Assembly: GCA_002842575.1 (NCBI GenBank)
Contig: PHDJ01000013.1
Span: 18,830-82,829, forward strand
Source of the DNA: Bacteroidetes bacterium HGW-Bacteroidetes-2
GTDB lineage: Bacteria > Bacteroidota > Bacteroidia > Flavobacteriales > Flavobacteriaceae
Direction: 5' to 3'
DNA: 64,000 nt
In this document: positions 1 through 10,090 of the stretch, piece after piece
Numbering within the stretch: position 1 is the stretch's first letter
Layout: every line of letters begins with the position of its first letter
The notes under the pieces: model-generated
What the model saw: the letters and a program-made list of their open reading frames with translations, nothing else
What the model was told of the DNA's origin: nothing
Database searches by the model: none
Translations under genes and position numbers: made by a program

Positions 1-1
1 T

Positions 2-217
2 GTTTTAGCTGAATTTTATGTACAAAATGACCAAAAGTTAGGCAACTTCCCGATGGCGGACTTTTTTGTGAATGCAAAAGTAAGTCAAACTCGTATATTT
101 TTAAAGTTAGAACATATAAACTCAATTTTTGGCGAGAAAAATTATTTTTCTGCTCCCGGATATCCCTATCGCGATTGGAAGATTCGATTTGGTTTAGTTT
201 GGAATTTCTTTATGTAG
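2..217 (+). CDS. 3' end (partial) of a putative outer-membrane porin (Bacteroidota Porin_10-like)
   Basis: My translation from nt 2: VLAEFYVQNDQKLGNFPMADFFVNAKVSQTRIFLKLEHINSIFGEKNYFSAPGYPYRDWKIRFGLVWNFFM*, stop TAG at 215-217. The aromatic beta-strand C-terminus resembles flavobacterial putative porins. Not in the ORF track. Confidence 0.75.
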   Translation, partial: VLAEFYVQNDQKLGNFPMADFFVNAKVSQTRIFLKLEHINSIFGEKNYFSAPGYPYRDWKIRFGLVWNFFM

Positions 218-373
218 TTTTTGTGTCTAATTTTTTTAGGCTTTTTAAATTCTAAAAGGGTTAAAAATTAGTGATTTATTATTTAAATTTTTCTATTTCT
301 ATAAAAAAAACCAAGAAACAATTATCAAAATAGAGAACAGTAACTTGGAATTTATTTTATTTTCTAAAAAAAA

Positions 374-1516
374 TTAATCTTTCAATAGTGCTCTAGAAAT
401 TACGATTTTCTGTATTTCGCTCGTGCCTTCATAGATTTGAGTTATTTTAGCATCTCGCATAAATCGTTCTACGTGGTATTCTTTTACATAACCGTTACCA
501 CCGTGTACTTGAACAGCTTCTATTGCAACATTCATTGCCACTTGAGAAGCTTTTAGTTTTGCCATAGCACCGCTAAGGTCATAATCATTTCCGTTGTCTT
601 TATCCCAGGCCGCCTTCATTACTAAGTATCGGGCGCATTCAATTTCTACTAACATATCAGCTAGTTTGAAAGCAATTGCTTGGTGGTTGCAAATTTCGGT
701 GCCAAAGGCTTTACGTACTTTGGAATATTCTCTTGCAAGGTCATACGCGCCACTAGCTATTCCTAAAGCTTGTGCGGCTATGCCTATTCGTCCACCTGCT
801 AGGGTTTTCATTGCAAATTTAAATCCAAATCCATCCTCGCCAATGCGATTTTCTTTTGGCACCTTTACGTCGTTAAAAATTAAGGAGTGAGTGTCACTTC
901 CTCTAATTCCCATTTTATCTTCTTTAGGGCCAATTTCAAAACCTGCCCAACCTTTTTCTACTATAAAAGCATTGATTCCGTGGTGTTTTTTTTCTTTATG
1001 CGTCTGTGCAATTACTAAATAATAATCTGCATTTCCGCCGTTTGTAATCCAGTTTTTTGTTCCGTTAAGGATATAATGATCTCCTTTGTCTATAGCAGTG
1101 GTTTTTTGCGAGGTGGCGTCACTACCCGCTTCGGGTTCAGAAAGGCAAAAAGCACCTAATTTTTTCCCAGAGGCAAGCGGGATTAAATATTTTTGTTTTT
1201 GAGCCTCATTGCCGTATGCATAAATGCCATAACATACCAAAGAGTTGTTAACTGACATCACCACAGACGCCGATGCATCTACTTTTGAGATTTCTTCCAT
1301 AGCTAGGACATAAGCCACAGTATCCATACCACCACCACCATATTCAGGGGGAACCATCATGCCCATAAAGCCCAATTCACCCATTTTTTTAATTTGTTCC
1401 GCCGGAAATTTTTGAAGATTATCGCGTTCTATAACGCCAGGAAGTAATTCAGTTTTTGCAAAGTTGCGAGCAGCATCGCGAATCATTATATGCTCTTCAG
1501 AAAGGTTAAAATTCAT
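374..1516 (-). CDS. Acyl-CoA dehydrogenase (short/branched-chain, butyryl-CoA DH-like)
   Basis: 380 aa with CLSEPEAGSD, NGTKNWITNG, QVHGGNGY and IYEGTSEIQ acyl-CoA DH motifs. Confidence 0.95.
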   Translation of the reverse strand: MNFNLSEEHIMIRDAARNFAKTELLPGVIERDNLQKFPAEQIKKMGELGFMGMMVPPEYGGGGMDTVAYVLAMEEISKVDASASVVMSVNNSLVCYGIYAYGNEAQKQKYLIPLASGKKLGAFCLSEPEAGSDATSQKTTAIDKGDHYILNGTKNWITNGGNADYYLVIAQTHKEKKHHGINAFIVEKGWAGFEIGPKEDKMGIRGSDTHSLIFNDVKVPKENRIGEDGFGFKFAMKTLAGGRIGIAAQALGIASGAYDLAREYSKVRKAFGTEICNHQAIAFKLADMLVEIECARYLVMKAAWDKDNGNDYDLSGAMAKLKASQVAMNVAIEAVQVHGGNGYVKEYHVERFMRDAKITQIYEGTSEIQKIVISRALLKD

Positions 1517-1555
1517 AACAGTTTTGTGCTAATTATATTTCTAAAATAAGGAGTA

Positions 1556-1563
1556 CAAAGATA
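1556..1563 (-). promoter_or_regulatory. Bacteroidota -7 promoter element (TATCTTTG) for the acyl-CoA dehydrogenase
   Basis: CAAAGATA on + strand equals TATCTTTG on -, about 40 nt upstream of the start. Matches the TAnnTTTG consensus. Confidence 0.65.
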
Positions 1564-1721
1564 CTTTTAAAAAAGCGAATATTCAATTTTAGTTAATAAT
1601 TTTAACGAGTGCGTTTTTGGATATCTTTTGCTTAAGATGGTTTATAATTTCATTTCCTATTTTTTTTGCAAAACTTTACTTTTCTTTGTTTAAATTTATG
1701 GAAAGAGTCTAATTTAATTAA

Positions 1722-2813
1722 ATGATAAAAAATACCTATTCTATTATTGGTGTGATGTCTGGCACTTCACTAGACGGAATGGATTTGGTTCTTGTTACTT
1801 TATATAAAGGAAAAACTTGGAATTTTATTTTACACTATTCAGAAACTGTTCCTTATTCTAAAGTATGGAAAAAACGATTAAAAAATGGATTTCAATTAAC
1901 TTCTAAGGATTTAAAAACGCTAGATTTTGAGTACACTTTGTATGTAGCAAAAGTCATTTCATCTTTTATACAAAGGCATCAAATAAAAAACATTGACGCT
2001 GTTTGTTCGCACGGTCATACTATTTTACACCAGCCTGAAAAGGGCTTAACCCTTCAAATAGGAAATCTCCCTGAACTGTCTGATTTAATTGGATTAAAAG
2101 TGGTTTGTGATTTTAGAAAGCAAGACGTTGCTTTAGGTGGGCAAGGAGCTCCCTTAGTTCCTGTGGGCGATGCTTTGCTTTTTAGCCAATACGATTATTG
2201 CTTAAATCTAGGTGGATTTGCTAACGCATCCACAAAAAATGGCGAAAATAGAATAGCCTATGACATTTGTCCTGTAAATATTGTCATGAATCCATTAGCC
2301 GAAAAATTAGGATTTTCCTATGATGACCAAGGTAAAATTGCTTCAAAAGGGAATTTGCTTCCACAGCTTTTAAAACAATTGAATGCTTTGCCATTTTATC
2401 AAAGAGCACCCCCAAAATCATTAGGTTTAGAATGGGTAATACAAGAAGTGTTTCCTTTGATGAACTCCGAAATCCATTCTGTTCCAGATTTACTTCGAAC
2501 CTTTTCAGAACATGTTGCGATGCAATTAGCAGCAAATTTTTCAGAAGGCGCAACAATTTTTGTTACCGGTGGTGGTGCATTTAATTTGTATTTACTTAAA
2601 CGACTAAAATATCATAAAAAATTAAAAATTATAATTCCTGAAAATGAAATAATAGAATATAAAGAGGCACTTATTTTTGGGTTGTTAGGCGTTTTAAAAT
2701 TGCGCGGAGAAAACAATTGTTTAGCAAGTGTTACCGGCGCAAAGAAAGACCATTCATCAGGAGTGATTTTTCAAAAAAATAAGCCTATAAAAAAAGATTT
2801 TACCCTCTTTTAG
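1722..2813 (+). CDS. anmK: Anhydro-N-acetylmuramic acid kinase
   Basis: IGVMSGTSLDG, SHGHT, DFRKQDVALGGQGAPLVP, NLGGFAN, GGGAFN and KEALIF are AnmK signatures. Confidence 0.95.
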   Translation: MIKNTYSIIGVMSGTSLDGMDLVLVTLYKGKTWNFILHYSETVPYSKVWKKRLKNGFQLTSKDLKTLDFEYTLYVAKVISSFIQRHQIKNIDAVCSHGHTILHQPEKGLTLQIGNLPELSDLIGLKVVCDFRKQDVALGGQGAPLVPVGDALLFSQYDYCLNLGGFANASTKNGENRIAYDICPVNIVMNPLAEKLGFSYDDQGKIASKGNLLPQLLKQLNALPFYQRAPPKSLGLEWVIQEVFPLMNSEIHSVPDLLRTFSEHVAMQLAANFSEGATIFVTGGGAFNLYLLKRLKYHKKLKIIIPENEIIEYKEALIFGLLGVLKLRGENNCLASVTGAKKDHSSGVIFQKNKPIKKDFTLF

Positions 2814-2818
2814 TTTCT

Positions 2819-2826
2819 TATCTTTG
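2819..2826 (+). promoter_or_regulatory. -7 promoter element (TATCTTTG) upstream of the amino-acid dehydrogenase
   Basis: Exact TAnnTTTG match 22 nt before the ATG at 2849. Confidence 0.65.
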
Positions 2827-2848
2827 CGCTGTTATTTAAAGATATTAC

Positions 2849-4075
2849 ATGAAAGAATTACTTAAAAAATACGAGGAAAAAGTGCCTGAAATAGTTTTCC
2901 ACTGGAACGATCCTGAAACCGAAGCAGAAGGTTGGACAGTCATAAATTCTCTTCGCGGAGGTGCTGCCGGTGGTGGAACAAGAATGCGTATAGGTTTAGA
3001 TAAAAACGAAGTGCTTTCACTAGCAAAAACGATGGAAGTGAAATTCACCGTATCTGGGCCAGCAATTGGCGGTGCAAAATCTGGAATCAATTTTGATCCA
3101 AATGACCCAAGAAAAAAAGGGGTTTTAGAACGATGGTATAAAGCGGTATCCCCACTTTTAAAATCGTATTATGGCACAGGAGGCGATTTGAATGTAGATG
3201 AAATTCATGAAGTAATTCCTATTACTGAAAATTGCGGAGTTTGGCATCCGCAAGAAGGTGTTTTTACGGGGCATTTTCACCCTACAGAAGCAGATAAAAT
3301 AAACCGAATTGGCCAATTGCGTCAAGGGGTAATCAAAGTATTAGAAAATGCAAATTACTCACCAGATGTCACCAGAAAATACACAGTTGCTGACATGATA
3401 ACTGGTTACGGAGTAGCCGAAGCAGCCCGTCATTACTATGCTGTTTATGGCGGAAGTATTCAAGGAAAACGTGCTATTGTTCAGGGTTTTGGCAATGTAG
3501 GATCATCGGCAGCATATTATTTAGCGCAAATGGGCGCAAAAATTGTTGGAATTATTGACAAAGAAGGTGGTGTTATTCATGAAAATGGCTTCAGTTTTGA
3601 GGAAATTAAAGCGCTTTTCTTAAATAAAAAAGGCAATTCATTAGTTTCCAAAAACATGATGCCTTTTAAAGAAATTAATGAAAAAATATGGCATTTGAAA
3701 GCAGAAGTTTTTGCTCCTTGTGCTGCTTCAAGATTAGTAACTCAACCACAAATTGATGCCTTGTTAAACTCTGGTTTAGAGGTGATAACCTGCGGAGCAA
3801 ATGTACCTTTTGCTGATAAAGAAATTTTCTTTGGCACCACTATGGAATATGCAGATGCTAAAGTTAGTGTGATACCAGATTTTATTGCAAACTGTGGAAT
3901 GGCAAGAGTTTTTGCCTATTTTATGGAGCGAAGAGTTCAAATGACCGATGAAGCAATTTTTAATGATACTTCCACCACTATAAAAAATGCTATTGAAAAC
4001 ACCTATCACAGTAACAATGACAAAAATCATATAAGTAAAACCGCATTTGAACTAGCTTTGAAAATTCTAGTCTAA
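2849..4075 (+). CDS. Glu/Leu/Phe/Val dehydrogenase family protein
   Basis: GGAAGGGTR, GGAKSGI, VQGFGNVG (Rossmann) and GAN / PDFIANCG motifs. Confidence 0.9.
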   Translation: MKELLKKYEEKVPEIVFHWNDPETEAEGWTVINSLRGGAAGGGTRMRIGLDKNEVLSLAKTMEVKFTVSGPAIGGAKSGINFDPNDPRKKGVLERWYKAVSPLLKSYYGTGGDLNVDEIHEVIPITENCGVWHPQEGVFTGHFHPTEADKINRIGQLRQGVIKVLENANYSPDVTRKYTVADMITGYGVAEAARHYYAVYGGSIQGKRAIVQGFGNVGSSAAYYLAQMGAKIVGIIDKEGGVIHENGFSFEEIKALFLNKKGNSLVSKNMMPFKEINEKIWHLKAEVFAPCAASRLVTQPQIDALLNSGLEVITCGANVPFADKEIFFGTTMEYADAKVSVIPDFIANCGMARVFAYFMERRVQMTDEAIFNDTSTTIKNAIENTYHSNNDKNHISKTAFELALKILV

Positions 4076-4089
4076 TACCATAAAAAAAA

Positions 4090-5466
4090 ATGAGTTTACT
4101 AATAATTTCACTATTTATAATAGGATATATTTCCATTACCCTAGAGCATCCTTTAAAATTAGATAAAACCGTTTCAGCATTGCTTATGGCAACAGTACTT
4201 TGGGCCATTATTGCTCTAGGTTTTAATCAAGGATGGCTCTCTATAATTGACTATCACGGCGATGTATTTAATATGTTGCAAGGCGATGAAGAAGTTCAAA
4301 AACTAGGATTTCAAAATAATTTAATGCATCACTTTAGCAAAGCTGGAGAAATTTTATTTTTCTTAATTGGAGCGATGACCATTGTGGAAATAATCGATTT
4401 ACATCGCGGTTTTGATATCATAAAAGGTGCTATAAAAACAACGAGTAAAGTAAAACTTCTTTGGACTTTGGGAATTTTAGCATTCTTTTTATCAGCAGTC
4501 ATTGATAATTTAACTACCATAATAATTTTAGTAACCTTATTAACTAAACTCATCCCAAAACATGAATACAGAGTTTGGTACGCTTCATTGCTAATTATAG
4601 CCGCAAACGCCGGTGGAGCATGGTCGCCAATTGGCGATGTTACTACTACAATGCTTTGGATTGATCAAAAAGTTACGGCAGTGGGCTTATCGGAATATGT
4701 TATTATACCCTCTGTCTTATGTTTTGTTGTGCCATTTATAATAGCTTCAAGGATGAAAGCATTTAAGGGTGAAACTATTCGAAAAGTTAATGTAGTAGAT
4801 TCGGTATCTGAAAGGTTACTAAGCAGTAAAAAAATGCTATATGTAGGCTTATTAGCAATTCTTTTTGTTCCTATTTTTAAAGGAGTAACCGGGTTGCCTC
4901 CCTATATTGGTATGCTATTCAGTTTAGCCATAGTTTGGTTGGTTTCCGAATATGTAAAACCTGAAAAAAATTTCAATAAAAGAGTCAACCATCAATATTC
5001 AACCCATAAAGCATTGTCCAGAGTGGAATTTGCAAGTGTACTTTTCTTTTTAGGAATATTACTTGCTGTTTCTGCTTTAGAAAGTTTACAATTTGGCAGT
5101 ATTAATGGAGAAAGTGTGGGTACATTGCGTTATGCAGCAGAGTCCTTATCCGTATTTTTGCCTAACATGGATATTGTTATTGTTTCACTAGGAATGCTCT
5201 CTGCCATATTAGACAATGTACCTTTGGTAGCTGCTTCTATGGCAATGTATGACTTTCCTAGAGATGCCTCAGCTTGGCATTTTATAGCCTATTGTGCTGG
5301 CACTGGGGGTAGTTTGTTGGTAATTGGCTCAGCCGCAGGAGTTGCCGCTATGGGAATGGAAAAAATAGATTTTATGTGGTATCTAAAAAATATTACTTGG
5401 TTGGCTTTTGCAGGATTTACTGCTGGAGCGATAACATTTATTTTAATGGAACACTTCGTTAGATAA
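4090..5466 (+). CDS. nhaD: Na+/H+ antiporter, NhaD family
   Basis: Polytopic membrane protein with DNLTT, ANAGGAWSPIGDVTT, SAILDNVPLVAA and GTGGSLLVIGSAAGVAAMG. Confidence 0.9.
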   Translation: MSLLIISLFIIGYISITLEHPLKLDKTVSALLMATVLWAIIALGFNQGWLSIIDYHGDVFNMLQGDEEVQKLGFQNNLMHHFSKAGEILFFLIGAMTIVEIIDLHRGFDIIKGAIKTTSKVKLLWTLGILAFFLSAVIDNLTTIIILVTLLTKLIPKHEYRVWYASLLIIAANAGGAWSPIGDVTTTMLWIDQKVTAVGLSEYVIIPSVLCFVVPFIIASRMKAFKGETIRKVNVVDSVSERLLSSKKMLYVGLLAILFVPIFKGVTGLPPYIGMLFSLAIVWLVSEYVKPEKNFNKRVNHQYSTHKALSRVEFASVLFFLGILLAVSALESLQFGSINGESVGTLRYAAESLSVFLPNMDIVIVSLGMLSAILDNVPLVAASMAMYDFPRDASAWHFIAYCAGTGGSLLVIGSAAGVAAMGMEKIDFMWYLKNITWLAFAGFTAGAITFILMEHFVR

Positions 5467-5523
5467 GCAATTTTTATATCTTCACACCGTTATTAAACAA
5501 ACTCATTAATCGTTAAAAATACT

Positions 5524-6225
5524 ATGCTTATAACTTTTTTGCAAGATGGCGCTCAAGAGGCCTTAAAAGAATTAGAACCGGAATCTGTTGAAAAAACACT
5601 TTCTGTAATCGATTTAGTTTTAAGTGGTGGCACAGGCGGCATCATTATTATAGCAATACTTTTTGTGTTGCTTTTTATTGCGGTATATATCTATTTTGAA
5701 AGAATATTTGCCATTAGAGCAGCTTCAAAAGTCGATAAAAATTTTATGCATCAAATTCGTGAAAATGTAGCATCAGGCAATCTTCAAGCCGCAAAAATTC
5801 TTTGTGCTCAAAATAATTCACCTGTAGCAAGATTAACCGCAAAAGGTATTTCCAGAATAGGAAGCCCGCTGGAAGATATTAATACAGCAATTGAAAATGC
5901 AGGAAGACTCGAAGTATATGAATTAGAAAAAAATGTAAGCATTCTAGCAACCATCTCTGGTGCTGCTCCAATGATTGGATTTTTAGGCACAGTAATAGGA
6001 ATGGTACTCGCATTTCACGCTCTTGCCACAAGCAGTGGTCAAGCAGAAATGGGTGTTTTAGCAGAAGGCATTTATACCGCTATGACAACAACGGTGGCTG
6101 GGCTTATAGTAGGGATTATAGCCTACATAGGGTATAATCATATAGTAGTGCGCACCGATAAAGTGGTACATAGCATGGAAGCAAATGCAGTGGATTTCTT
6201 AGACCTATTAAACGAGCCTTCTTAA
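5524..6225 (+). CDS. exbB: MotA/TolQ/ExbB proton channel protein
   Basis: APMIGFLGTVIGM and AMTTTVAGLIVGI motifs, three TM segments. Confidence 0.9.
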   Translation: MLITFLQDGAQEALKELEPESVEKTLSVIDLVLSGGTGGIIIIAILFVLLFIAVYIYFERIFAIRAASKVDKNFMHQIRENVASGNLQAAKILCAQNNSPVARLTAKGISRIGSPLEDINTAIENAGRLEVYELEKNVSILATISGAAPMIGFLGTVIGMVLAFHALATSSGQAEMGVLAEGIYTAMTTTVAGLIVGIIAYIGYNHIVVRTDKVVHSMEANAVDFLDLLNEPS

Positions 6226-6226
6226 T

Positions 6227-6619
6227 ATGAATTTACGAGGAAGAAATAAAATTGATCCTAATTTTAGTATGAGCTCCATGACAGATATTGTCTTTCTGTT
6301 GTTGGTGTTTTTTTTACTTACCTCACCGGTAATAACTCCTGATGCTTTGGATTTAATTTTACCAAAAGCAAAAGGAAAAACTTCTAACCAGCAAAATCTT
6401 TCTGTTAGTATCACTAATGATTTAGATTATTATGTAAACAAAGAGCGAATTGCAGAAAGTGCGGTGGAAAATATTATTAAAACACAATTACGTGGCGTTG
6501 AAAATCCAACGATTATTTTAAGAGCAGAAGAAGGCGTGCCAATAGAAAGTGCCGTTAAAATTATGGATATTGCTAACAGAAATAAATACAAAATTGTTCT
6601 TGCAGTAAGACCAAATTAG
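6227..6619 (+). CDS. exbD: ExbD/TolR biopolymer transport protein
   Basis: SMTDIVFLLLVFF TM segment with the conserved Asp. Directly follows exbB. Confidence 0.9.
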   Translation: MNLRGRNKIDPNFSMSSMTDIVFLLLVFFLLTSPVITPDALDLILPKAKGKTSNQQNLSVSITNDLDYYVNKERIAESAVENIIKTQLRGVENPTIILRAEEGVPIESAVKIMDIANRNKYKIVLAVRPN

Positions 6620-6712
6620 AGTAGAGAATAAAGAATAAAGAAAAGAGTAGGTGATTTTTTTTTAGCTGTACAATCCTATTTTACTTCAAATAATATTTAA
6701 TAAATAACCAAG

Positions 6713-7525
6713 GTGAGCTTCTTAAAAACAAAACACGAAAAAAAAAGTTTTGCTATAACTGTGGTAATCCATGTGGTTGTTTTATTGTTGCTTTTTATGT
6801 TTGGACTTAAATATTTAGATCCTCCTTTGGAGCAAGGAATTGCCATAAACTTTGGTGCTACAGATTTTGGTAGTGGTGAAGTACAACCTTTAGAACAAGT
6901 GCAAACCTCTCCTGCTCAAACAACACCTCAAACCGAATCGCAACCCGAAACAGAAGTTAAAGAAGAAGTGGTAACCCAAGAAACCGAAGAAGCTCCGGTT
7001 ATTAAAAAAGAAGAAAAACTAAAGGAAGTAACCAAGCCCGTTGTGGAGAAACCCAAAGAACAAGTTAAAGCAGAACCAAAACCTGACAAATCCACAACCG
7101 ATGCCTTATCCAGTTTAATGAATGGCCCTAAACAAGACGGAACTGCGAAAAGCGGTGAAGGTAATGACAATAAAGCAGGCGATAAAGGAAGTCCAGATGG
7201 CGATCCTAATGCAAGCAGTTACTATGGCATAGGAAAAGGATTAGATGGTGATGGAAACTATTTGTTAGGTGGTAGAAAAGCTATAAATAAAAAAATCTTT
7301 TTTCAAGATTGTAACCAAGAAGGAATAGTAGTTGTAGATATTGATGTGGATAGAAATGGGAATGTTACTAAAGCCATTCCAGGTGTTAAAGGAACAACCA
7401 ATAACTCTAAATGTTTACTAGATCCTGCAAAAAGGGCAGCCTTAGAAACAAAATTTAACAGCGATGCTAATGCGCCAGCACGTCAAGTAGGTCGTATCAT
7501 CTATCGTTTCAGTCTTTCTGAATAG
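6713..7525 (+). CDS. TonB-family energy transducer (GTG start)
   Basis: N-terminal TM anchor, Glu/Pro/Lys-rich linker and C-terminal EGIVVVDIDVDRNGNV TonB_C-like fold, in the exbBD operon. Confidence 0.8.
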   Translation: MSFLKTKHEKKSFAITVVIHVVVLLLLFMFGLKYLDPPLEQGIAINFGATDFGSGEVQPLEQVQTSPAQTTPQTESQPETEVKEEVVTQETEEAPVIKKEEKLKEVTKPVVEKPKEQVKAEPKPDKSTTDALSSLMNGPKQDGTAKSGEGNDNKAGDKGSPDGDPNASSYYGIGKGLDGDGNYLLGGRKAINKKIFFQDCNQEGIVVVDIDVDRNGNVTKAIPGVKGTTNNSKCLLDPAKRAALETKFNSDANAPARQVGRIIYRFSLSE

Positions 7526-7587
7526 TTTTCCTTTCCGCTCCATTTTCTGTAATTATTCTTTATCTTTAGCTCCAAAATCTAAAGATT

Positions 7588-10077
7588 ATGGTTAGGCTTA
7601 TTTTACTTTTTATCAGTATTTTTTTCTTTAGTTGTGCAGAAAAATCTGAAGTTTTCTCTTTAGAAACAAAACCTGCAAAACTCCCAAAAGACATATTTTT
7701 CATCCAGCGTGCATATCCTATTGGTGAAATTAAACCCAATGCAAACGCCAATGCTTTGCAATGGAAAAAACAACGAGCACAAAATAATAATTCAGGACTT
7801 CTATGGGATTTTGCCGGACCAATAAATATAGGAGGACGAATTACCGATATTGAAATTCCAACTAACCAACCCAATACCTATTTTGTTGGTGCAGCAAGCG
7901 GTGGCATCTTTAAATCCATCAATTCTGGTATAAGTTGGTTTCCTATTTTTGATGACCAACCTATGCTTTCCATTGGCGATATTGAAATATCAGCACTTAA
8001 TAATAATTTAGTTTGGGTAGGAACTGGAGAACCCAATGCCGGTGGAGGTTCCTTAGCCTATGATGGCGACGGAGTTTATAAAAGTGATGACGGTGGTAAT
8101 ACATGGCAAGCAAAAGGATTAACAGCAGCGGGAAGCATAGGAAAAGTGAAAATAGATCCAAATAATGATAATATAATATTTGTAGCTGCAATGGGACCAC
8201 TTTTCAGAAAAGACACGAATAGAGGAGTATATAAAACCACAAATGCAGGGGATACTTGGGAACAAGTTCTTTTTGTTAGCGATTCCACAGGAATAATTGA
8301 TATGGCTATCCATCCCACAAATGGAAACATAGTGTATGCCACAAGTTGGGAACGCACAAGAAGACCGAATGCCAGACAATATGGCGGCGAAACATCCCGA
8401 ATTTATCGAACCACTAATGGTGGCACAACTTGGACGGAACTCACTAATGGATTACCCACACTTGCCTCGCAAAAAGGAAGAATAAGCATAGATATTTCAA
8501 AATCAAACCCAAATGTACTTTATGCTATGTATGCAGATGCAATCGGAAATGTACAAGGAGTATATCGCACAAATGATTCAGGAAATAGCTGGAATTCGGT
8601 AAATTCAAGTTCGTTAATTAATGTTGGTTTTCATTGGTGGTTTGAAGGCATTTTTGTAGATCCCTCTGACGAAGATATCATTTATTACTTAGGATTAAAT
8701 GTTCAAAAATCTACTAATGGCGGTACAAGTTGGTTTAATTCCTTTCAAAATGCCCATGTAGATCAACATGCTTTAGCTTTTAATCCTACTATTTCAGGAG
8801 AAATTCTTTTAGGTAATGATGGCGGATTATACAAAAGCAGTAATGAGGGTGCAACTTTTGTTAAAGATATAACACTGCCAATAACACAGTTTCATCGTTT
8901 TCACGTTGATGCACAAAATGTAAATAAAGTATATGGAGGCGCGCAAGATAACAGTACTATTCGTACCGTTACTGGCGGTTTAAATAATTGGGCAATAATA
9001 AACGGCGGTGATGGTTTTCAGCCTTTGGTGGACCCTACAAACACAAATGTTATTTATGCACTTTCCCAAAATGGAAATCTAGGAAAATCAATAAATAATG
9101 GGGTTACATTTTCCTCAGCGATGAATGGAATAGCCTCTGGAGATAGAAAAAATTGGGATACCCCTATTGCTTTTGATCCTAACAATTCACAAGTTCTTTT
9201 TTTTGGAGCAAATAGATTGTACAAAACCACTAATGCAGCAGGAAACTGGACGGCAATAAGCCCAGATTTAACCAACGGCCCTCACACGGGTAATTTAGTT
9301 TTTGGAACTATTATTTCTATAAGTGTATCGCCCTTAGATAGTAATATAATTTATGTTGGTACCGATGATGGAAATGTATGGATAACCCAAAATGGAGGTG
9401 GAACTTGGACAAATATTTCAGCTGATTTACCAAATAGATGGGTGACTAAAGTTTTAGCATCCAGAGCAAATGTGAATGAAGTATATGTTACTTTTTCAGG
9501 ATATCGCTATGGCGAAGATTTTGGACATATCTATAAAAGTTCTAATCTAGGAAGTAATTGGGTAGATATCTCTTCCAATGTTCCGGATATTCCAATCAAC
9601 GATATTGAAAAAGACAGCTACGGAAATCTTTATATAGGGACAGACATTGGTGTTTTAGCATCCAATAATGAAGGAGTACAATGGGAAATTTTAGGTCTAA
9701 ATTTACCTTCAGTTGTAGTTACTGATCTTCATATTCATGAACAAACAGAAACTTTGTTTGCGGCAACCTATGGAAGATCTAGCTATAAAATGGATATTTC
9801 TGGAAATATTCTAAGCACTACAAATTTCTTAGCGGAAACTAATGCTCTTATTTTCCCAAACCCCACAACAAATTTTGTTACCATTTCTATAAAAGATATT
9901 TCTAAAAACTATACTATTTCAATTTTTGATGCCTTGGGTAGAGAAGTGTTGAAAAAGGAATTTTTATCAGGAAAACAAAACCTAAAACTTTCTGTAAGTG
10001 AATTTAGCCCAGGTACATATTTTATAAAAATTTCAAGTAAGAATGAAAGCATTACTAAAAAACTGATTATTAAATAA
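7588..10077 (+). CDS. BNR/Asp-box (Vps10/sortilin-like) beta-propeller protein with a C-terminal T9SS sorting domain
   Basis: Repeated Y(K/R)(S/T)xxGGxxW Asp-box motifs. Type-A T9SS CTD: IFPNPTT...IFDALGREV...GTYFIKI...KKLIIK. Hydrophobic N-terminus ending FFFSC. Confidence 0.85.
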   Translation: MVRLILLFISIFFFSCAEKSEVFSLETKPAKLPKDIFFIQRAYPIGEIKPNANANALQWKKQRAQNNNSGLLWDFAGPINIGGRITDIEIPTNQPNTYFVGAASGGIFKSINSGISWFPIFDDQPMLSIGDIEISALNNNLVWVGTGEPNAGGGSLAYDGDGVYKSDDGGNTWQAKGLTAAGSIGKVKIDPNNDNIIFVAAMGPLFRKDTNRGVYKTTNAGDTWEQVLFVSDSTGIIDMAIHPTNGNIVYATSWERTRRPNARQYGGETSRIYRTTNGGTTWTELTNGLPTLASQKGRISIDISKSNPNVLYAMYADAIGNVQGVYRTNDSGNSWNSVNSSSLINVGFHWWFEGIFVDPSDEDIIYYLGLNVQKSTNGGTSWFNSFQNAHVDQHALAFNPTISGEILLGNDGGLYKSSNEGATFVKDITLPITQFHRFHVDAQNVNKVYGGAQDNSTIRTVTGGLNNWAIINGGDGFQPLVDPTNTNVIYALSQNGNLGKSINNGVTFSSAMNGIASGDRKNWDTPIAFDPNNSQVLFFGANRLYKTTNAAGNWTAISPDLTNGPHTGNLVFGTIISISVSPLDSNIIYVGTDDGNVWITQNGGGTWTNISADLPNRWVTKVLASRANVNEVYVTFSGYRYGEDFGHIYKSSNLGSNWVDISSNVPDIPINDIEKDSYGNLYIGTDIGVLASNNEGVQWEILGLNLPSVVVTDLHIHEQTETLFAATYGRSSYKMDISGNILSTTNFLAETNALIFPNPTTNFVTISIKDISKNYTISIFDALGREVLKKEFLSGKQNLKLSVSEFSPGTYFIKISSKNESITKKLIIK

Positions 10078-10090
10078 ACACTTTTTCACC

